NCBI RefSeq assembly: GCF_006345805.1
Contig: NC_043008.1
Coordinates: forward strand, 66,836,001 to 66,900,000
Origin: Octopus sinensis
Lineage: Eukaryota
Direction: 5' to 3'
Length of the DNA: 64,000 nucleotides
Shown: one piece after another, positions 55,761 to 64,000 of the stretch
How positions within the stretch are numbered: the first letter of the stretch is position 1
Layout of the letters: each line of letters starts with the position of its first letter
Made by a program: the position numbers and the translations under genes
Notes under the pieces: generated by a model
What the model was told of the DNA's origin: nothing
Seen by the model: the letters and a program-made list of their open reading frames with translations, nothing else
Database searches by the model: none

Positions 55761-55838
55761 ATATATATAGATATATACATATATATATACATATATACAT
55801 ATACATACACACACATAAAATACACGCAATGTGTGCTA

Positions 55839-55889
<51 letters not shown>

Positions 55890-56060
55890 ATATACATACA
55901 CACACATATACAGTCTCTATCACACACACATGCATTGACAGCTGTACACATGCTTTTGCTTTCAGACAACATGCATTTGACATGCATTTTAAATATGGCT
56001 TGTGCATTTTTGCTTTAGATTTTGACTGGGTCCGGGGAGTTTTTGAATATTCTTAGAAAC

Positions 56061-56617
56061 CTATCCCTTGTAGCTACGTGACTGTGTATAGGGAACAATG
56101 ACAAGACTAGTTAGAATTGTTACTCCCATTATAACTCCATATATAAAAAACGAAAACTTGTCCACGACCTCTGCACAGAAGTACCATTCATATTTTCGCC
56201 GAGTCAGCGACACAATTCCCATATTGGTCACACTGTCCGTGTCGTAACTGGATCTGTAGTTGCTCGGATGGCAACAAATTGTATGGCTTTGTTGCGATTC
56301 ACCATCTTGGGTATTTTTTGTTAATTCTTTGCATGTAGGGAAATCCGTCGTGTTTGCTTCACTCATTTCCAAGAGGTCACTAAGCGATGTGGCTAACATT
56401 CTTGATCCTCGCATCTCTTCACAAGACACGATTGGGTGCTGCCAGTCTCGAAGTCTGGTGATGGTGAACTTACTCAGGCATTTTTTGCACATCCATAGCA
56501 GACAGGGCGGTACTTTTGGACATAGCTTCTCGTCAGCATGTTTGCGAATGTTCATCACAACGGTCGCCATGATCAGTGAAACACAATTCAACGTCATCAC
56601 CAAGATAAGGAAAACTC
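56061..56617 (-). CDS. Terminal exon of a Cys-loop ligand-gated ion channel (nAChR-like): M3, intracellular loop, M4, stop
   Basis: The translation contains M3 (GVFLILVMTLNCVSLIMATVVMNI), an MX-like segment (KVPPCLLWMCKKCLSKF) and MA/M4 (EWYFCAEVVDKFSFFIYGVIMGVTILTSLVIVPY; compare the nAChR EWxxVAxVxDR motif). It ends in TAG at 56061-56063. The acceptor ttttttgtattttgcag|GA is phase 1 at the Gly just before M3, a known intron position in nAChR genes. Confidence 0.88.
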
Positions 56618-56761
56618 CTGCAAAATACAAAAAAATATATACATACATTAGTAAATTGCTAATTAAACTAGCATTAATTATAGAATTATTATATAGGATT
56701 TATGTAATTTAACCCTTTAGAATTTAAACCAGCCAATTCCAGCCCAAATATTCTCTCTCTT

Positions 56762-57165
56762 TTACACTTTACTCTTTTACTTGTTTCAGTGATTTGACTG
56801 TGGCCATGCTGGAGCATCGCCTTTAGTTGAGCAAATGGACCAGAGGACTTATTCTTTGTAAGCCTTGTACTTATTCTATCGGTTCTCTTTTTGCCAAACT
56901 GCTAAGTTACAGGGACGTAAACACACCAGCATCGGTTGTCAAGCGATGTTGGGGCCACAAACACAGACACACAAACATATACAAACACATACATATATAC
57001 ATATATACGATGGGCTTCTTTCAGTTTCTGTCTACCAAATCCACTCACAAGGTTTTGGTCAGCCCGAGGCTATAGTAGAAGACACTTGCCCAAGGTACCA
57101 CGCAGTGGGAATGAACCCGGAACCATGTGGTTGGTAAGCAAGCTACTTACCACACAGCCACTCCT
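56762..57165 (-). mobile_element. tRNA-derived SINE (family A) in the last intron of the nAChR-like gene
   Basis: Near full-length match to 27993-28405. Confidence 0.82.
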
Positions 57166-58368
57166 GCTTATTTTATTTTCAAACTGGCCTGATCTGGTCT
57201 CTCAAATATAACCTACATTGTCATTTAAAAATAAACAATCTCAAAGTTATGAGATAATACATGAAGTCAAAGTGATGTGAATAAATAAGCATTACATATG
57301 ACAGAATATGAATACTAAGGGGTTAAAAGATATATTAAGGTTTGGCAAAGACAAAATGAGAAGCAACAAACAGTTAAAAAAGAATAAACAACAATGGCAA
57401 CTATGATTACAATACAAAGCAATAAGGGAGCCTTTATGTAGTCAATTGACATGCTAAAAATAGCAGCTAAATCTCCCTTAAATCACATTCTTCTGAATTA
57501 AAAATGGATAGATAAAACAGATCAGAAATATAGTCATAGACATACAAAATGATTGTCATAGTTGAAACACCTTATGACGTAGGTCCCTTATTTAAGGGGC
57601 AATCCAGGGCAAAACCACAACAACAACCACAACAATACTGATTTGACAATGACTACAGAGCGACTATTCATTCCCTCAACCTGCTAAAAAGACAATCTCT
57701 CTTGAATTACACCACACCCAGCCATATTTAATAACAGATTCACTGGATGGACATAGTCCCAGAAACACCATGCCTAAAAAGGAAAAAAAACTAAAGACAA
57801 GATGGCTATGATTGGAAGACATCTGACTAGATATCTACTTAGTCAAGATGCTGGTGGTGGTGGTGGTGGTGGATTTCCATCATTTGACAATGAAGATTCA
57901 GTTGTCTGATCAACTGAGTTACCTGTCCCTGAATTAGCATGTAAGTGGCTGAGTATTCCACAGACTTTCTTTTTCTTTTTACTTGTTTCAGTCATTTGAC
58001 TGGCCATGCTGAAACACCACCTTAAAGGGCTTTAGTTGAAGAAATCGACCCCAGGACTTATTCTTTGTAAGCCTAGTACTTATTTTATTGGTGTCTTTTG
58101 TCGAACCGCTAAGCTATGGGGGATGCAAACACACCAGCATCAATTGTCAAGCGATGGTGGGGGGACAAACACAGACACAAAGACACATACACACACAGAT
58201 ATGTACATCATTTAACGTCTGTGTTCCATGGTAGCATGGGTGGGACAGTACCACAAGAACTGGCCAGGCTGAAGCCTGCAATGGAGTTCTGTGACTGTTT
58301 TGGCAGGATTTTTACAGCTGGATGTCCTTCCTAAAACCAGCCACTCAGCAGACACACACACACACACG

Positions 58369-58400
<32 letters not shown>

Positions 58401-58576
58401 CTTTTACAAAGGGTTTCTTTCAGTTTCTGTCAACCACATCCACTCACAAGTTTTTGGTTGGCCTGAAGCTCTAATAGGAAACACTTGCCCAAGGTGACAT
58501 GCAGTGGGACTGAACCTGGAATTATGTGTTTGGGAAGCAAGCTTCTTACCACACAGCCATGCATGTACACCCTTAA

Positions 58577-59090
58577 TGTAATTCTCAGGTAAAATCAGCG
58601 TGGCACTGTGTGTACCTGCTGCCACCACTACATCTCACAACAGATGTTTCCCATATAACCACAGGACACAAGTTACTCAGACTTGGCACTTGCCATCAAC
58701 TCTTCTTGGTATGAAGGTTCAAAAAATTAGGAAACATTAATGCGGGTCAATTTGTGTTAACCCTTTAACGTTTAAACTGGCCATTATCTGGTCCAAATAT
58801 TCTACCTGTTTTATGTTCAAACTGGCCAGATTTGTAATTCTCAGGTAAAATCAGCGTGGCACTGCGTGTACCTGCTGCCACCACTACATCTCACAACAGA
58901 TGTTTCCCATATAACCACAGGACACAAGTTACTCAGACTTGGCACTTGCCATCAACTCTTCTTGGTATGAAGGTTAAAAAAATTAGGAAACATTAATGCG
59001 GGTCAATTTGTGTTAACCCTTTAACGTTTAAACTGGCCATTATCTGGTCCAAATATTCTACCTGTTTTATGTTTAAACTGGCCAGATTTG
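58577..59090. repeat. 256-bp tandem duplication
   Basis: 58578 and 58834 start identical sequence; three substitutions were seen. Confidence 0.92.
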
Positions 59091-59233
59091 GCCTCTTATA
59101 CCTATCCTGCAATGTCATTCTAAAAATAAACAATCACATCATTGAAATCCCAAAGATATGAGATAATGCATGATTAGTTCAAATCAATGTGGATGAATTA
59201 GCATTACATTTGACAGAGTAACTTGAATGTTAA
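59013..59233. mobile_element. Second piggyBac-like MITE family
   Basis: It begins ttaa|ccctttaacg and abuts the 59234 element at a shared TTAA. A SINE-interrupted copy spans 56710-57325 and ends in aaggggttaa. Confidence 0.55.
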
Positions 59234-59453
59234 CCCTTTCGTTACTGTATTTATTTTGAGATGCTCTGTATTTCTTTCAATTACTTTAAATATAGCAAAG
59301 AATTTAGTAAAATAACTTAGTTATCATCTAGCTACTGTTAGGAACATAAACTGTGATTAAGGTTTGGTGGAAGATTTTAATCCAAAACTTATGAAAACAA
59401 GACATTTATACTCAGTTCCAGAGCCAGTTTCAGCTGGGCTGGTAACGAAAGGG
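59234..59453. mobile_element. piggyBac-like MITE
   Basis: TTAA|ccctttcgttac ... gtaacgaaaggg|TTAA. A second copy lies at 63452-63668. Confidence 0.75.
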
Positions 59454-61299
59454 TTAAATGGTTAAATGAAGTGTTTGGTTGTGATGTGATGAGGAAAACA
59501 TTATTGTTGATTATGCTGGGTGAATCTTGGATACACTTCCTATATATGGTATTGCTATACGAACATGGCATTGGGTACCATACTGTTGCCTAATGCACTG
59601 GGCTAAACTGCTGAAGAGGTCATCCTTGTTAGGCAAACTCCCAAAGGAGCAATTGGAAACATACGTAGCCATGCACTGGAATTTGGCAATAAACACACCA
59701 GCATATGTCTTCTATCAATATCTCATTGATCTGTCTTTCCTAAACCAGAAGAGAATGCTTACTCTTTATACTGTCCCGTTTCCACCGAGAATCTTCCTTT
59801 GTCTGGTGGAAATTATTTACTATACAAATGCTTGTATAGAGTGAACTCAGAACATACACATTGCTCACAGCACATGTACACAGACAAACACACACACAAA
59901 ACACAAAATATAGACATATACATACACACATACATATGAGAGTCACAGTACATAAGTTCAACACAAAATGCACAACACTTACACACAAACACACAGAGCA
60001 CAAAACACAGGTTCAACAGAAAATCATGCTCTTGCAAACACACACACACACACACACTGATATGCACTAAAAACAGTCATACAAAATTCAGATTATAACA
60101 CAGAACTTTAAATGCATACATACAACAAAGTACACACATATAAACATGCAGCAAAAAAGGCACGCACAATACAAAGCACATATATACAATGCAAAGAAAC
60201 ACACACACGGCATAACACATACACATACTCACGCATATAAACCACTACTAAATATACAGAAAACAGAAAACCCTATACACAAACATACACACAAGCTGCG
60301 AAACACATGCACAACACATACATACATATGCATATATGCTTACATCAAAAATGATGCACAACACCAAATATGCACACACACATACACACACACACACAAC
60401 ATTCATGCACATATTCACACAAACACACTCACACAACACACACAGACACACAAAATATATATAGAAAACAGACAGAAAACCTTATATACATTGGTACACA
60501 TAGGCACATATGTACACACTATATAACATACATATACACAGAACACACTACAAAATACAACACACACACATATACAGACATGTATACATACATTAAAAAT
60601 TACACGCACACCACAAACCACACACATATAAAAAGACCCACACATACCACATAACATATATATTCACACACAATACACATACAAAAACATACAGAAAACC
60701 CTACACACACACACACACACACATTTGCTTAATTTTGCTGTTCAGAAGTGGATAATATTGCCTGCATAACACCATCGACCTTTCCTTAAGAGAAAATCTC
60801 TCTTACATTTCTTTCTTTTTTTCTTCTGCCTTGTTTTTTTTTTGTTTTTTTGGACTTCTAAATCGAAATGTTTCCCGTTAAATTCGCACCACGATGGGAG
60901 AGCTTTCGCATTCAAAAGACATTCTTTTATTATAATTTATCGCAATCTCGAATCTTTAACTTGGCTATTCTTTAGCTGGAAGCCAGAAATAAAATTTATC
61001 ACCGAGGAATATCAAACTGTTTTTCTGTAGGGGATTAAAGTTTTTAGTAATCACTAGAGAAAAGATTTCTGCACAAATGAAATAATACACAGTTTGTTTT
61101 GAATCGGTTTCAATTTTGTTTATTTAGTTTGTTTTTCTTTTTAGGTTTGACTTTTTTTTATTTTTTGTTTCATATATTTCATAAATGTTTTCATTTGATT
61201 CTTTGATGCTTGTTAAATTTGTTGTTTTTCTGCTTTATTTCAGCTTCATTTTTCATATATGTACATGTGGTGTGTGTGTATATACACATACATGTATGC

Positions 61300-61339
<40 letters not shown>

Positions 61340-62689
61340 GTGTGTATGTGTACACATACTGTACACATATGCATATTTTTGTATATATATATATACACAC
61401 ATATATAAATTCTAGAAATGGTAAATCCACAGATATTTGCAGTAAAAATCTCACTGTATGGAGCAAGATGTTCATCACTTGGATTCTCATTTCTTCTTCA
61501 TGCACAAACCATTCTTTTCTCTTAAAGTAAAACTAGATTACTCTCATCTTCAACAGAACACACATTTGGCAAACTACTGATTCACACACACACACCATTC
61601 AACTACAAGATATAACCAGCTAGGTAACCTCTACATCCTAGAAATAACAGCTAAAATTTCCCCCCTAATCACACCACTCTTACTATTGTTAATATAATAA
61701 ATCAACAGGAATGTACATGTTAGATGATGTAATCCTAGATATCAATAGCAGTAAAATGGACATAATCACAGCTCTTGATCATGTATGTGGGTTTTCTCTG
61801 TCAGAACAAAATGAAGGATAAAGAGCAACAGCAATGAACTGACAGACACACCATTCCTTTGCTCTGCCCTACAAACAGCCTCAGTCAATTAATAAATTCT
61901 TAAATTGAACATCAATCACATCAATCTGAAAATATAGTGACAGTACCCCACCTTCACTCTCACCTGTCTCAGATTAACCAAACAAAAAACGGGATAGAAT
62001 TTACTCAAATATGGAAATATTTCCATGCAAGCTCGACCTCCCTCCTACCTTCCACTGCCATCTATGTATCCCAACCTATTACCCCTACCTCTCTCCATTC
62101 CTACTATCTTCTCTCTCCTACCCCCCACCTCATACGCTTCATAACATCTCACTTGTTGATGATGTTGGTTAATGACCCATGTTCAACTGCTATACTCAGA
62201 GTAACTGCCCTAAAGAACTGCTGGTGAAGGTGACTTTAATGGTGCAAGGAATGAAGCACTGTACATCAGAAATTAGTCATCACCAGCAGTCTCTCAAGAG
62301 CCAAAGAGAAATAAAAGCAACTCTTGTCTTTTTCTTTGTCCAATGTGAAGGGTTGGCATCAGGGAATTCAATGCTGTAGGTCAGCCCTACAAAGTGCACT
62401 CTCTTCTTCCAACCCGATAATGTAAACATCCTTCACTTCCTTCCTTAACCATCAGTGTTATTAGACCAGCAGAAAAATTATAATTGACTAGAGAACAAGT
62501 AATCTATAATTTTATTATCTTACATGTCATTGGTAAAAAAAGTATGGAGCGCAAGTGTAATTTCAATAAAGAACAAAATAGGAATTTTTAACACTAACAT
62601 AAAAGCAGTGTTTTTGTAAGGGGGCTGAGACATGGTGAACAACAGTTAAGTCAAATAAGCAAATACAATCATTCATCAACAGATGCTTG

Positions 62690-63035
62690 CGTAGCATACT
62701 TAAAATCAGATGGCCCGAACACATAAGTAATATGGAGCTATGGAAAAGAACAAATCAAGTTTTGATTAGGGAGCAAATATTAAAGAAAAAGTGGAAGTGG
62801 ATTGGTAGCACAATTTGAAAAGACACACCAAATGTAGTGAAAAGTGCTTTACAGTGGAATCTGGATGGATATAGAAAGAAAGGTAGGCCTAAGAATTTGT
62901 GGTGTAGATCAACACAAAAGGAATTAGAGAAAGGGGGACATTCATGGCAGAGTATAAGTACAGAAGCGAAAAATTATGCGATATGGAATTCAACTATAAG
63001 TGGCCTATACTCCACTTATAGTTGGAGGGTTAAAG
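62690..63035 (+). mobile_element. RTE-clade LINE 3' fragment
   Basis: KKKWKWIG...KSALQWNLDGYRKKGRPKNLW. Confidence 0.75.
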
Positions 63036-64000
63036 GCAGGAAAGAAAAAGAAAAACAAAACATATCACTATATAGAGGTGCATTATTGCCAAATAGTTAG
63101 GAAGTTCACTTCGCAACCACAAGTCTCAGGTTTGATTCTAGTGTGTGGCATCTTGTCATTTCTTTTTTCTGGTTTCAACTCAACCCAAACCTTTTGAATG
63201 AAGTTGGGTAGATGGAAACTATAGAGAAGCCCATTGGGTGGGTTGTATCTGTAATTCAAAAGGTACATTGTCATGCTGATTCTGCTTGACAATTACATTA
63301 AAGATATGTGTCTGTGGGATACTCAGCCATTATTTCTAGTGGGTGGAGGATACCTAGTTGGCTGGATCTAGATTTGGAAAGGTGTAAGTGAATTAATAGT
63401 TTGCCAAATATATGTACAAATAAAGTTAAGAATAATCTGGTTTTACTTTAACCTTTTCGTTACTGTATTTATTTTGAGATGCTGTGTTTCTTTCAATTAC
63501 TTTAAATATAACAAAGGATTTAGTAAAATAACTAAGTTATCATGAAGCTAGTGTTAGGAACATAATTTGTGACCAAGGTTTGTGGAAGTTTTTATTTCAG
63601 AACTTATGAAAACAAGACATTCATAATCAGAGCCAGAGCCAGTTTCAGCCGGGTTGGTAACAAAAGAGTTAAAAGAAAAGAATGGTTTGTGCATGAAAAA
63701 GAAATGAGAGTTCAAGTGATGACCATCTTGTTCCATACAGTGAGATTTTGCTGCAAATATCTGTGGATTTACCATTTCTAGAATTTATACGTATTTTTAT
63801 ATGTGGTCCACTAAGTTTTTGTATTTTAATTTAGATTAACAATGATGTATCTATTCATTCTTAATTCATTCTGGCTGATTTGAATATCTGGTCACTGTTG
63901 TTTTACATCATAGCAGAGAGCACTCACTTCTCTAAATGATGTATGTTCTGAACACTCATGACTTACTGATGTAAGGAAACTTTGAGATACTATGGTGTCT

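Noticed and set aside
59511-59800. Candidate upstream exon of the nAChR-like gene (IAIPYIG resembles the M2-M3 linker)
   Set aside because: There is no M1/M2 hydrophobic sequence and no donor after the motif, so the match looks coincidental.

Overview
AT-rich, microsatellite-dense eukaryotic DNA. The SINE families and repeat landscape suggest a coleoid cephalopod, probably Octopus (inference). Only one host coding exon is well supported: the terminal M3-loop-M4 exon of a nicotinic-acetylcholine-receptor-like Cys-loop channel on the minus strand (56061-56617). Its upstream exons were not found and probably lie beyond 64000. The rest is repeats: tRNA-derived SINEs, CR1/L2, RTE, Dong/R4-like and HERO-like LINE fragments, a Helitron helicase remnant, a Penelope GIY-YIG remnant, and Tc1/mariner, hAT and piggyBac-like MITEs. 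Nearly all ORFs in the supplied track are translations of simple repeats. The main hidden signal is a cluster of type I hammerhead ribozyme (HHR) motifs between about 4 and 18 kb, from at least six unrelated sequence families. It includes a ~344-bp tandem-plus-inverted array with an HHR in each unit (retrozyme or Penelope pLTR-like) and a 440-bp palindrome carrying an HHR on each strand. A candidate decayed HDV-like ribozyme sits at an RTE-type 5' end, and there are several long hairpins and foldbacks. All RNA structures were folded by eye and none is shown to be active. SINE and LINE boundaries are approximate.
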